NCBI RefSeq assembly: GCF_001194135.2
Contig: NC_068996.1
Location: 12,160,517-12,196,575, forward strand
Source of the DNA: Octopus bimaculoides
Lineage: Eukaryota
Direction: 5' to 3'
DNA: 36,059 bases
In this document: piece by piece, positions 12,083-23,469 of the stretch
Numbering within the stretch: the first letter of the stretch is position 1
Layout of the letters: each line of letters opens with the position of its first letter
The notes under the pieces: generated by a model
Databases searched by the model: none
Told to the model about the DNA's origin: nothing
Seen by the model: the letters and a program-made list of their open reading frames with translations, nothing else
Translations under genes and position numbers: made by a program

Positions 12083-12344
12083 GAAACTAATACCGTCAGT
12101 CACAAATCTTTTTAATTTGGTGAAATATATCATATGTGTCATTCAAACGTTTGACCCTGTTATGAATCTTTTATTTGAGAATTGCTTCTATCATAAGTAT
12201 CCTTTCAAATAAAATTATATAAAAACACAGAAAAAAAGCATAAATTAAACAAAATGTAATAGCCATCAAGAATGTATATAGTCCATTCAAATAAACGAAC
12301 AATAAGCTTATCAAAACAGACAGGCGGACATGCACAAGGAATGT

Positions 12345-12746
12345 TGTGTTAGAACACAGAATACTGCGACAGTTACCATGAGAGAAACTCTCATATTGGC
12401 TTTTGATACATATAAGCTCTCTTGTTTATATCACTTGCAGAAGACACATCTCCGCCATCAACATCACCGAGATCACACTATCATGTGATTTCTGCCTTTT
12501 TTGGCCTTGTCAATGGTACGCGCTCGGACACTGGAGATAGCAGCGATATACATAAAAACCTCAGTGTGTAATCAGGCAGTGATATTGCAGACATTGAGAT
12601 TCCATGTATGTTGCTAACGAAGATATTGCTGCTATCTCCAGCGTCTACCACTGACAAAGCCAGACAAGGTCAAAATCCTGTGCTCTGGTAGTCCATATGA
12701 AAGTTTCTCTCATGGCAAATATCACAGGATTCTGTGTTCTAACACA
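12345..12746. mobile_element. MITE or fold-back element with outer and inner inverted repeats
   Basis: Outer IR 12345-12396 versus 12695-12746 (46 of 52 match). Inner IR 12531-12549 versus 12623-12641 (18 of 19 match), extendable to about 12503 and 12662. No ORF. Confidence 0.8.
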
Positions 12747-13278
12747 TCTGATTTTAAGTGGGGATAAGTATTACCTCTTGGTATTAACACTGTATCAGTC
12801 GCTAGTAGTTATTTTTATATATACATATATAGACATGTATGTATGTATGTATGTATGTATGTATGTATGTATGTATGTATGTATGTGTATGTATTTATGC
12901 ATGTACGTTTGTATATATGCATATATGTATACACATATATGTGTTAAGAATTAAGTTCACACATACAATATAGCCTGTTCAAAATTTCCAATCAACTGAG
13001 ACATCTTTTGCGTCTTAATTATTTATATAATCTAAGGTAATCGAAGTTTCTCAACATATTATATTGCATGCAAGAGACTCGGCGTTTTCTTAGTGTGAAG
13101 AACGCTTCCCTGGTGCAAATTCCCTGTCATACCAGTGTCATTCCCAATTCATGACCAGCGTCTGTACATTACTGCTTTTTCTATAAAAATATGTATGTAC
13201 GCATGTATGTATGTATGTATGTGTATGTATGTATTATGTATGTATGTATGTATGTATGTATGTATGTATGTACATGTG

Positions 13279-13507
13279 TTATTTCTTTACTACCCACAAG
13301 GGACTACACACAGAGGGGACAAACAAGGACAGACAAACGGATTAAGTCGATTATATCGACTTCAGTATTCAACTGGTACTTAATTTATCGACCCCGAAAG
13401 GATGAAAGGCAAAGTCGACCTCGGCGGAATTTGAACTCAGAACGTAAGGCCGGACGAAATGCCGCTAAGCATTTCGCCCGGCGTGCTAACGTTTCTGCCA
13501 GCTCGCC
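13279..13507 (-). mobile_element. SINE family A, full length
   Basis: Reverse complement of the 11853-12082 family over its whole length. The flanks share tacatgtg, an approximate TSD inside a TATG array. Confidence 0.9.
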
Positions 13508-14749
13508 TATATATACATGTGTATATATACGTATGTATGTATGCACGTATTTATGTATGCACGTATGTATGAATGCATATATATATGAATATATTTGTAT
13601 GTATGTATGTATGTATGTATGTAAACCTGGGTTTGTTTGTGTGTAGATGTGAGTGCATTTCGATTAAATCGTTTAATATATACGAAACGCGGCCATATAT
13701 TAAAACACAAAATGCACACTGTGTATTGGGAACACTCCTAGCTAATAATGAAATTTACTTAACATTAATGTTCTTTAATTCACAGTTCATTACCCGAATC
13801 TTATGAGTTGTTTACGTCTTTTCCGTCATAAAATATTATTTATTCAGCAGCTGGGGGTTTTCTTTCTTTGTTTCATAACAATTACCTTGATTTATGTTTA
13901 TATAAATTTATGTTTTCTAATGAAATACGTTTGATACACACGCTCACACATAGATAGATAGAGGGATAGGTAGATAGACTGAGATACAGATCACGCATAC
14001 TTTCACTCACCGATTATATGTATGGCAGAATGTGTTTCTCTGTGTGTATATATGTATGCATATATGTATGCATATATGTATGTATGTATGTATAATGTAT
14101 GTATGTATGTATGTATGTATATGTATGTGCATTCATGCATATATATGTATATATATATTTATCTCGACTAATTTATTAACAGTTACATGTAGGGATCAAA
14201 ACAGTTTGATTCAAATTCGTTGGTACTCTTGAGTTACAAAGGTGATCCTTGTCGTCAGCCATATATATATATATANNNNNNNNNNNNNNNNNNNNNNNNN
14301 NNNNNNNNNNNNNNNNNNNNNNNNNNNNNNNNNNNNNNNNNNNNNNNNNNNNNNNNNNNNNNNNNNNNNNNNNNNNNNNNNNNNNNNNNNNNNNNNNNNN
14401 NNNNNNNNNNNNNNNNNNNNNNNNNNNNNNNNNTAGTTAATAAATATATATATATACGTGCATACATACATTCATACAAACATTCATACATATACACACA
14501 TACATGCATATATGCATAAATACATACACTCACATACATACATACATACATACACATAATAATGACATACATACATACTTACATACATACATACATATAT
14601 GCATATATGCATGCATACATACACTCACATACGTACATACATACATACACATAATAATGACATACATGCATATCTATCCACACATATATACATACATGCA
14701 TACATACATACATACGACAATTGGTGAAACATGAAAATTTAAACAGGCG

Positions 14750-15015
14750 CCAAGTTAAAACACTATCGGATTTATCTTACTGTAGGACCACATGAAAAAG
14801 ATATGCCCTGTTGTTCCACTGAAACCAACATATATTTTCAGTTTCATATTATTATTCTTGGAGCAACAGGATACATACCAACTCGTCTGGAGCAACGAAT
14901 GACTGAGCTTGAGTTCATGGGGAGGAGACGCAAACCCTTAATTCATACACTACAAATGAACACGATATCTGAGACTATAAAAGTCTGCAAGACCTTCTTA
15001 AGACTTAAAGGATGA
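14750..15015 (+). mobile_element. R4/Dong-like lineage B-related 3' end
   Basis: FQFHIIILGATGYIPTRLEQRMTELEF...LIHTLQMNTISETIKVCKTFLRL* parallels the lineage-B C-terminus (IIIGALGY...LIR.LQ...VKICKTF). Confidence 0.65.
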
Positions 15016-15114
15016 TCGACAAGGCAAAAAGTTTTTCTTCACAACATGGCTACCAAGCAATTGAACGGTTAAAATTGGCACTAAAGAAAAAAATGGAAAA
15101 GCAAACCTACGCAT

Positions 15115-15138
15115 TATATATATAATTCTCTCTCTCTC

Positions 15139-15203
<65 letters not shown>

Positions 15204-15760
15204 AAGATTATAACGGCCGTATTTTTCAACTAATCGCGCTGAAATTTTACACATACGTAAAAGACGTCACAGTGGATGCATTCATAACATAATTTTTAGT
15301 TTCAAAGTGAGGTTCGCCCTTTTTTAATCAAAATCTTGATAGAAAACCCTATTCCAGTAGCGCTATTGGCTGTCATTCCGCAAATCACGTACGAACAGCC
15401 GCTATGTTCGACCAATCAGCATCAAAGTATTAATTGCATTAAGTTTTCTAAGCAATTTCATGAAAGAGCATATATGATTTCAGTAAAAATCGATATCATT
15501 CTAGAATGAACTATACTCGAACATGTGCATCCAGGCATGTCAAGCTGAGTCGAATAACTAAAACAAGTAAAAGAGTATAACGAAGGAAAAATAACTGAAT
15601 GAAAACAACTAGAATATAAAAAAGAAAGAAACGTTGATGTTATAAACGTTTTCCAACAAATATTGGTAAAGTAGATGCAATACAAGAGCATCAAGCAAAG
15701 TAGATTTTAGCACGTTTTCAATTGCGAACCTTAGTATGCGGGAACAGGAACTACACGAGT
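15115..15760 (+). mobile_element. Possible non-autonomous Helitron/Helentron-like element carrying (CT)n
   Basis: A 5' microsatellite is followed by acggccgtatttttcaactaatcgcgctgaaattttacaca, and the block ends in a GC-richer gcgaacc...gcgggaacaggaacta. This layout recalls Lep1/DINE-1-like elements. The 3' hairpin is degenerate. Confidence 0.35.
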
Positions 15761-15799
15761 GAAAAATATTAATACAACATAACATGAGAAGGATTTATG

Positions 15800-17050
15800 A
15801 ATAGAAAATTCTGCAATTTCAAAGTGTGTGACAATAATCAGAGGAGTGAACTAACTAAAATATGTAAGGAGTTTTTAATGATACAGAAATAACAACAATA
15901 AAAGTAGGTATACTTGGCCGTCGTACTTAGTGAAAAACAGACATGCAAATCATTATCAACATGATAAACGAAATTACATATGCTGCGACCATTCCACTTA
16001 CAAAAAGAAATAAGCACTCTTTCATATCTATTCATTAATGGGTCTACTTAAATTCCGGGCAAACATCGAGGTAAACAAATATGCCGCAAAAAAAAATAGA
16101 TAATTATATAAAAGATATCTTAATCCTGAATTAAATTAAATGTGAGAAAAAGGTAATTATATATATATAAAAAGAAAGTGAGATAGTTATTGTAAAAAAT
16201 AGCATGGCAAAATATATCCTCGACATCAAAGATCGCTTGATTTAAGAAACGATTATATTAAATCATAAAAAATCCGTAGTTGTAGAAACCGATTATGATT
16301 ATTTGAACAAGGCAATGAATTTGGTTCTAAACCCAAAGTGACTTTATTAAAATCTACATAAAAACAAAATAGAAATTAATACAGCGTTAATATGAAGAAA
16401 AATAGAAAGAGTAGAAACATCTGGCATAAGAGTTAAGGGAACAAATGGTTTGTCATAGACAAAAATATTTGAAACACTAGATATAAATTGCATAGCTGAT
16501 AAGAGCCCTCCTAATATAAAAGCAATCAGTGATGCTATGAACTTTTATCAAAAAGACCGTATGTATTGCGTATTTAAGAAGCAATTATCCTAAATATAGT
16601 TAATATAAAGGCAGTCATATGTTTCAAAGAGTAGTGTATATAAAAATTAAGGCTTTCACTTAAAAAAAAAAGTAGAGTAATCAACCACCGAAACAGCAAC
16701 CCAAAAATTGCTTCAACCAGGATAAAAAAAAGAATTGAAAAAGCAATTAAGCAACGAAAGAAAGGAAGAATGAGGCAGAGGGAGTAACAAGCTGAACACC
16801 TGAGTCCGAACGATGTCCAGCCGCCCCGCTTGGAAATAATAGCAAAGGCATTGCCGCGGGAAATGGCCAGCGACACTCGCTGCAACAGCGACCCCATTTC
16901 GAAAGGTTCATTTCTCAAACGGGCCGCTGATATCCCGGTTTTACAGGGGAAATAAGCAGCGCGCAGTCCGAGTATATATTAAAATAACATCTAAGAGTAA
17001 GATATAAGGATAGCTAAATCTCAGACATCGAGGGAAAGATCTAAAACAAA
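15800..17050 (+). mobile_element. Degraded Penelope-like linker/GIY-YIG relic interrupted by a CRE fragment
   Basis: Scattered matches across frames (KTDMQIIINMIN, NKHSFISI, GNKWFVIDK, LRHRGKDL) resemble Penelope KTNIG..FL.LI, IKWSII and CRH..K.LL motifs. Many stops. Confidence 0.4.
16574..16975 (-). mobile_element. CRE-clade non-LTR retrotransposon 3' fragment
   Basis: In-frame KTGISAARLRNEPFEMGSLLQRVSLAISRGNAFAII matches the CRE C-terminal motif FLFQRISVAIQRGNA. GC-rich relative to its flanks and followed by a T-rich UTR. Confidence 0.7.
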
Positions 17051-17449
17051 ACACCAAAAAGTACGCAAGAAAATATTTTATATTTTAATTCAAAGAAATT
17101 AAGCATTAAGGCAGATATAAAGTAATGTGTTCATTTAGTATAAAGTTACTGTACAGCATATAGTTGTAACAAATAAATTAAAAATTAAAAAAATATAGGA
17201 AGAATATATTTTAATGTTTCTTTATTTTATTACAGCTATAAACAAATATCATTTGATGAGAAGACGTTGAGAGAAAAAGTTATTAAATTAGATTAGGCTG
17301 TTATCAAATGCAAGTGAGATAAGAAAATACACTAGACACATTAGACATTGAAGCCAGTAAAACAAGGGTCTATGAAAGGTATAGCAGAGATCTTAAAGGG
17401 TATTATACATATATATATATAAATATAAATACACACACACACACACACA

Positions 17450-17498
<49 letters not shown>

Positions 17499-18332
17499 GT
17501 TGAATTACCAAGAAGCAATAAAGTGTAATACATTATATCAGGAAGTTTCATAATTTCAGTACTCCGAATCACCGGTTTCTGGATATTCAGCTCGTTATCC
17601 GAGCTATTTTTCTTGAAAATTCTGTTGTTTGTGTATTATTTTGAAAGTTTAAAGAAAATGATTATAACTATGTTTTTATATATACATACACAACAAACAC
17701 GCGCATACATACAGATACACACAAACATATATATGTATATATATATATGTGNNNNNNNNNNNNNNNNNNNNNNNNNNNNNNNNNNNNNNNNNNNNNNNNN
17801 NNNNNNNNNNNNNNNNNNNNNNNNNNNNNNNNNNNNNNNNNNNNNNNNNNNNNNNNNNNNNNNNNNNNNNNNNNNNNNNNNNNNNNNNNNNNNNNNNNNN
17901 NNNNNNNNNNNNNNNNNNNNNNNNNNNNNNNNNNNNNNNNNNNNNNNNNNNNNNNNNNNNNNNNNNNNNNNNNNNNNNNNNNNNNNNNNNNNNNNNNNNN
18001 NNNNNNNNNNNNNNNNNNNNNNNNNNNNNNNNNNNNNNNNNNNNNNNNNNNNNNNNNNNNNNNNNNNNNNNNNNNNNNNNNNNNNNNNNNNNNNNNNNNN
18101 NNNNNNNNNNNNNNNNNNNNNNNNNNNNNNNNNNNNNNNNNNNNNNNNNNNNNNNNNNNNNNNNNNNNNNNNNNNNNNNNNNNNNNNNNNNNNNNNNNNN
18201 NNNNNNNNNNNNNNNNNNNNNNNNNNNNNNNNNNNNNNNNNNNNNNNNNNNNNNNNNNNNNNNNNNNNNNNNNNNNNNNNNNNNNNNTATGTATGTATGT
18301 ATGTATGTTTGTTTGTATGTATGTATGAATAT

Positions 18333-18957
18333 GTGCAGATTCGTATGTTTTATGTATGTATTCTCATGCATATAGTTGCATATATAGACATGCTCATATA
18401 TATATTTAAATGATAAATTTCTGGAAAGTTTTACAGATTTTTACAGTTCCAATTATGGCTTGGATCTGTAGTCATCGAATTAGCTTTCTCCTTTCTGGTT
18501 TTGAGAAACCTAATGTGTCAACATTGGTACTTAGGTAGTATGTCACATACCACAGTGTCCCAATAATTACAAGTATGAACTTGTATTCTGGATAGAGTAA
18601 CTGTAGATTTCTCAATAGTTCAGCATAGGTGTTCTCTTTTTTACTGATCGTCAGCTTTATGTAAACATCCACTAGGCAGCTATTTTTCCACAACTGTACA
18701 CAGTTTCTCTTCTCTATCCCAAATCATTATAACAGGTCTGTTGTGCTTACATTTTATTGAAGTCTTCACTGAAACATTCCACCAGTACTGTGGGTTCTTA
18801 TTTCTTTGTCTTCGGGGTTATCCTTCCGATGGATTTCATTATAGAGCATCCTGGCTACAGCATCATGTCTCGTCGGCAGATAATGCCGTGACGACATTTT
18901 CGGATAACTGCTTATGATGTAGGTGATATCATCGGTATTCTCTTCACAAAGTCTGCA
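18333..18957 (-). mobile_element. R4/Dong-like lineage B fragment: zinc knuckle, REL and 3' UTR
   Basis: HCRLCEENTDDITYIISSYPKMSSRHYLPTRHDAVA (decayed CCHC plus RHD), then KHNRPVIMIWDREKRNC...KKENTYAELLRNLQLLYPEYKF...GFSKPERRKLIR. Confidence 0.88.
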
Positions 18958-19269
18958 ATGTATGTTTGTATGTATGTATGTTATCAATCAGTTTCATTTC
19001 TGTATTTCTTGTCCATAGAGAAAGAGCCGGACTCTAACATAGATTCAAGGCTCCTTCATTGGAACTTTTATCAACATCATCTAGGTATTTGTGCCTATGT
19101 GTGTGTGTGTGTGTGTGCAGTATTTGGTGTTAGTGTATGCGCAGATTTGTATGTTTGTTTTATGGATGTGTTTTTATGTATATATTTTCATGTCTAGATG
19201 CATATGTATTTATGTGCTAATTTTTTTTTTGCATGTATGTATGTATGTATGTATGTATTGTAGCTGTTT

Positions 19270-19680
19270 GATGCCATTGTTTTATACTTTTATAAAAGTG
19301 AACTCTGACCCTCTACGTACTCGACTACAGTTGTATTCGGGTCTGGAACATTGTAGGGCATACCATCGGTGAGTACCAACGTAACAAATATCAATTGGAG
19401 AGGAAACATATCAGTAATTTGTTTTCACTAGATCAAACAACTCAAGATCTCAGCAGCCCAACGGCAAAGGAGCAGCTATTTTAATATCGCAAATAAAGGT
19501 GTACAGTGAGAGAAAGAAAGAGCACATAAGAGTTGTCACTTTTCTGTTGTGTCAAGTAGCTTCACCTGCAGCAAATGTCATTGCTACTGGAAATCAAAAG
19601 CAGGCCTTGTAGCCCACATTTTAGCCTGCCGGAGATGATTTCTGAATAAAAAAGTCAACGTTAACCTACGACGGCGATAT
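19270..19680 (+). mobile_element. RTE-clade LINE 3' end relic
   Basis: FTCSKCHCYWKSKAGLVAHILACRR* matches the RTE terminal zinc finger F.C..C.R.C.SRIGL.SH.R.C. Confidence 0.6.
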
Positions 19681-20535
19681 TGAATATAGAAACAGAAGTT
19701 AGACTATGGCACATACGCAGTAGTGGTTGTAAAGGCGTAAAATCAAATTTAGCAAGTCTTACAAATAGAAACCGGAAACGAAAATATATATATATGCACA
19801 GTAAAGCAGTGAGCCGGAAAACAGTCGTTTGCAGACATATTCATTGAAAAACCTAAAAGAAATTTCACATATCAATATATAAAGCAAGATATAAGTGACA
19901 AAAACTTAAAGTAGAATGAGGAACACTATAAAAGTTATATATTTACTTTTTTGCTGTGAAATTGCAGGGTCATCAGAGCACTGGATATAAAGCTTTCTGG
20001 TTTCTGTTCCGATTCTCTGAGATCTGTGGTCAAATCCCATCATAGTTTATTAGAATATTCGGCTTAATCCGTCTTCTACCACACTGCTTTCAATGGAAAC
20101 TACTTTGTTGCAAACACTCTGGCCAGGCCTCTGGTTTGACGATCCTTTCGTAAACACTACTTTCTCATCATTCTAGAAATTAGGTTAAGTACAGACATTA
20201 TAAGGTATTTCCATACATTTTGAAGTTGCCAATACAAAGTGGTGAAATGTATACAGAATGTCGCATTGAAAAGAAAAATAGAACAAAATACAGTTGAATA
20301 AAACAATTATGCGGTTTAGTTGAAGAAAAGTGAACTAATCTGTGAGTGCACGTAATTAGTTTTTAATGGATAAAATTAGCTTTAGTTGTGCGCAGAAGCA
20401 ATGGAAAAAAAAAACGATTTCATGTAAGATCAAAGTGGTTTCCAGAAGCCAACTATATATCTTGATAATTCTGGGACTGGTTGTGTATGAAAGACTTTAA
20501 AATTTTATATTTGTACAATGTTAATCGCTCTGTGG

Positions 20536-20915
20536 GGAGGCGCAATGGCCCAGTGGTTAGGGCAGCGGACTTGCGGTCATAGGATCGCGGTTTCTATTCC
20601 CAGACAGGGCGTTATGAGTGTTTATTGAGCAAAGCACCTAAAAGCTCCACGAGGCTCCGGCAGGGGATGGTGGCGAACCCTGCTGTACTCTTTCACCACA
20701 ACTTTCTCTCACTCTTACTTCCTGTTTCTGTTGTGCCTGTAATTAAAAGGGTCAGCCTTGTCACACTGTGTCACGTTGAATATCCCCGAGAACTACGCTA
20801 AGGGTACAAGTGTCTGTGGAGTGCTCAGCCACTTGCACGTTAATTTCACGAGCAGGCTGTTCCGTTGATCGGATCAACTGGAACCCTCGACGTCGTAACC
20901 GACGGAGTGCCAACC
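20536..20915 (+). mobile_element. tRNA-derived SINE family B, full length (about 380 bp)
   Basis: A-box TGGCCCAGTGG at 20546, B-box-like GGTTTCTATTCC, a tRNA-like head, then an unrelated body ending gacggagtgccaacc. Confidence 0.85.
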
Positions 20916-20929
20916 ACTCGCTCTGACAT

Positions 20930-21560
20930 GTTGATGAGTAGAGGTTCCTTAACAAAAGCAATTTCAAATTTTTCGACTGTGCACAAATAATGCAATTTTT
21001 TTTAGCTCTTGCGTATGATTTAGAATTTTTTGTTATTTTGTATTGAAATTTAAAGTGTCTAATATTATCATTCAATTTCCGAATATATCTCAATAGTGAG
21101 ATTTATTGGACCTTCAGATTTATTGGACGCTCAGTGTAGACGTGAACGTAGAATCGGTCTTTAAAAATGCTTGCAGGAAATTGTACATAAGTTTTGTTGA
21201 ATCAGATGTTTTTGTGCATCAATATACAATGGTCTTAGCTCAAGAATCAGAATCCAAATAACATTTATTAAGATTAGCGAAGTTGTAATTAGATATGATA
21301 TTGTTCCTGGGGGAGTTTAATTCAAGCTGTATTGGTAGCTTAGTTGAATGTAATCAAATATGATAATTTTTATTAATGATTCGATGCTTCGCATCTGTCC
21401 TGAGGCAGGCTGCTAAGAATAGAAAAGAATATTTTAGCAAAAGGAGTTATAGCTTCAAAACCATAAGAAGAATTAACAAACAAATTAGGTCTTTGTAAAT
21501 TTATATTAGAATCGAATGTGTAGTGAATTGTATCAATGTACACATTCCTTATCAAAGCTT
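20930..21560 (+). mobile_element. Possible very old hAT transposase relic
   Basis: The peptide ...VHQYTMVLAQ, reachable only with a frameshift, weakly resembles hAT HCYAHQLNLVL. Otherwise full of stops. Confidence 0.2.
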
Positions 21561-21888
21561 CATTATAACAGAATGATTTTTAAATGTTTCATCATTTGCA
21601 GAATTATTGTATAATCTAAGTAAAATATTTCGAAATAAATTCTTAGTTATACTTTGGTATATTACATGTATCGGAAATCTGGTAACGTTTTTTTTTTCTT
21701 TCTTAATATCACGAGAAATAATTTTATGCGTTTAAGTTATTCTCTATTAATTTTCAATTTTCCTTTTCTGTTAAGTTCTGCATCTCCCTCAATAGACGTC
21801 AATCAGTTTGCCCATTTTTATTTTGTTATTTCAAAATGCTGACTGTTACTTCCATCACAGTTATAGAAATTTTATTCGAAACGTTTGT

Positions 21889-22130
21889 GGAAGCACGTAG
21901 CTTAGTAGCTAGTGGTGTTGGACTCATGATCGCAACATTGTGGTTTCGATTCCTGGACCGGGCGATGTGTTGTGTTACTCCAGTCCACTCATGTTAATCC
22001 TCTCCACTCAGCTGGCAAAATTGAGTAATCCCACGACGGATTGGCGTCCTGTCCAGGTGGGGGAGTTTATATGCCATTGATACCGGGAAACAGGCCCTTA
22101 TGAGCCTGGCATGGCTCGAGAAGGAAACAT
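21889..22130 (+). mobile_element. tRNA-derived SINE family D (V/Meta-domain-like central motif)
   Basis: B-box ggtttcgattcc and central cgacggattggcgtcctgtccaggtgggg. Approximate TSD ttcgaaac(g/a)ttt on both flanks. Confidence 0.78.
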
Positions 22131-22383
22131 TTTTTTTTTTCGAAACATTTTGGGGCATAATTTCCGGTGATATTCCTTTATTCTTTTAAATAAATATATT
22201 TTTAATAAATTTGTTTATTCCTTTCCCCGAAGGTTATTTATGAGTCATTTTTCTGTTGTGCTTTGTTTTTGTTCTTGTTTCACCTCGTTATAAATAACTG
22301 AATTTTTTCTTAAACATTTTTCATTCGAACTCAAATGAATATTCTAAACAGTTATGTTCCTAAAAGGTTATACTTTTCAATAA

Positions 22384-22786
22384 GTGCGGTAAGAAACTTG
22401 CTTTCCAACCACATGGTTCCGAATTTAGTTCCACTTTAATGGCACATTAGGCAAATGTCTTTTCGTTTAGCCTAGAGACGACCAAAGCTTTGTGAATGGA
22501 TCAGGTAGATGAAAACTGAAAAAAACCTGTCGTTTATGTGAGTGTGTGTGTGTGTGTATCTTTGTGTCTGTTTTCCCCTACCCAACCCCGCCCCACCACT
22601 TGACAACCGGTGTTCGTGTGTTTACGTCCCTGTAACTTAGCGGTTCAACCAAAGAGACGGATAGAATAAATACTTGGCTTAACAGTGAAAAACAAAGTAC
22701 TGGGGTCGATTCATTAGGCTAAAAATTCTTCAAGGGGGTGCCCCAGTTTGGCCGCAGTCAAATGACTGAAACAAGTAAAAGATAAA
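22384..22786 (+). mobile_element. SINE family E with internal (TG)n
   Basis: Colinear with 27598-28004 from the head (gtaagaaacttgc...caaccacatggttcc) to the tail (gcagtcaaatgactgaaacaagtaaaaga). Confidence 0.85.
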
Positions 22787-22877
22787 CGGTAAAAGGCTTG
22801 AGTTTAATTTCGTCAGTAGTTTTTCATTAGTGAATTCCACAACAAAGGAACCTACCTTATCCTACCTTTGCTTTCAG

Positions 22878-23026
22878 GTTGGCGATTCGAAAAATCTTAA
22901 ATTTCAATCATTCCCATGGGAATTATGGCTTAATCTAGGTAGAGCCTTCTTGAGAATCATTACAACACAGAACAAAGATGCCTTTAGGCAACTGCTAATG
23001 AACGCCTTCACACAATTACATGAGCA
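22878..23026 (+). other. Candidate 149-nt internal host exon, product unknown
   Basis: Polypyrimidine acceptor cctaccttatcctacctttgctttcag, donor CA|GTGAGT, and a single open frame VGDSKNLKFQSFPWELWLNLGRAFLRIITTQNKDAFRQLLMNAFTQLHE. No partner exons or homologue recognised. Confidence 0.3.
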
Positions 23027-23457
23027 GTGAGTTTTTTGGGTTTTTTTCTACCCAAGGGATGCATCAATCGGAAATAAATCATGCACTGCTTTTGTCTTTC
23101 CGGCTCCCGGATCGATATAGTAGCTGAACTCTTTTTATGAACAGTTTTCTGAAGTGTCATATCGTTGATCAAGGTTCGCCTTTCTCTTCTCTGAGGTTGA
23201 TACCATTGGCTTTGGCCTCTGCCGACTCTGATTTGTGAGCCATGACCTTTCGAATTCAGATTACTTGATTTTGGCACTGAGGACGAGACAATTTCTTTTG
23301 CTATCTTTGGATTTGCGGCAGGTAGTGCATTGGAAACAATGGCTTCTGGGGTCTGATATTGCTGTTGAATATACTGGTATTCGTCGCCCCTCCATTTGTA
23401 ATCAGTTCTATAATCCTTCTGTTCAAGAGTCGTAAAGTGGATTTTACTACAATACAT
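23008..23457 (-). CDS. Orphan 149-aa ORF of non-repetitive composition
   Basis: Longest ORF in the window not explained by microsatellite, N-run or a recognised TE motif. GC-richer than its flanks. No domain recognised. Confidence 0.25.
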   Translation of the reverse strand: MYCSKIHFTTLEQKDYRTDYKWRGDEYQYIQQQYQTPEAIVSNALPAANPKIAKEIVSSSVPKSSNLNSKGHGSQIRVGRGQSQWYQPQRRERRTLINDMTLQKTVHKKSSATISIREPERQKQCMIYFRLMHPLGRKKPKKLTAHVIV

Positions 23458-23469
23458 ATAATGACAACG

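Noticed and set aside
17555-17610. Minimal hammerhead-like string on the minus strand (ataacgagctgaatatccagaaaccggtg)
   Set aside because: At least three core positions are wrong and the cleavage-site base is G. Only a small local hairpin is supported.
19960-20180. Exon-like segment (minus-strand acceptor, NDEKVVFTKGSSNQRPGQSVC...)
   Set aside because: Two in-frame stops, no clear donor and no recognisable homology.
20536-20610. tRNA gene
   Set aside because: The tRNA-like head continues into a 300-bp SINE body, and the cloverleaf and B-box are imperfect.
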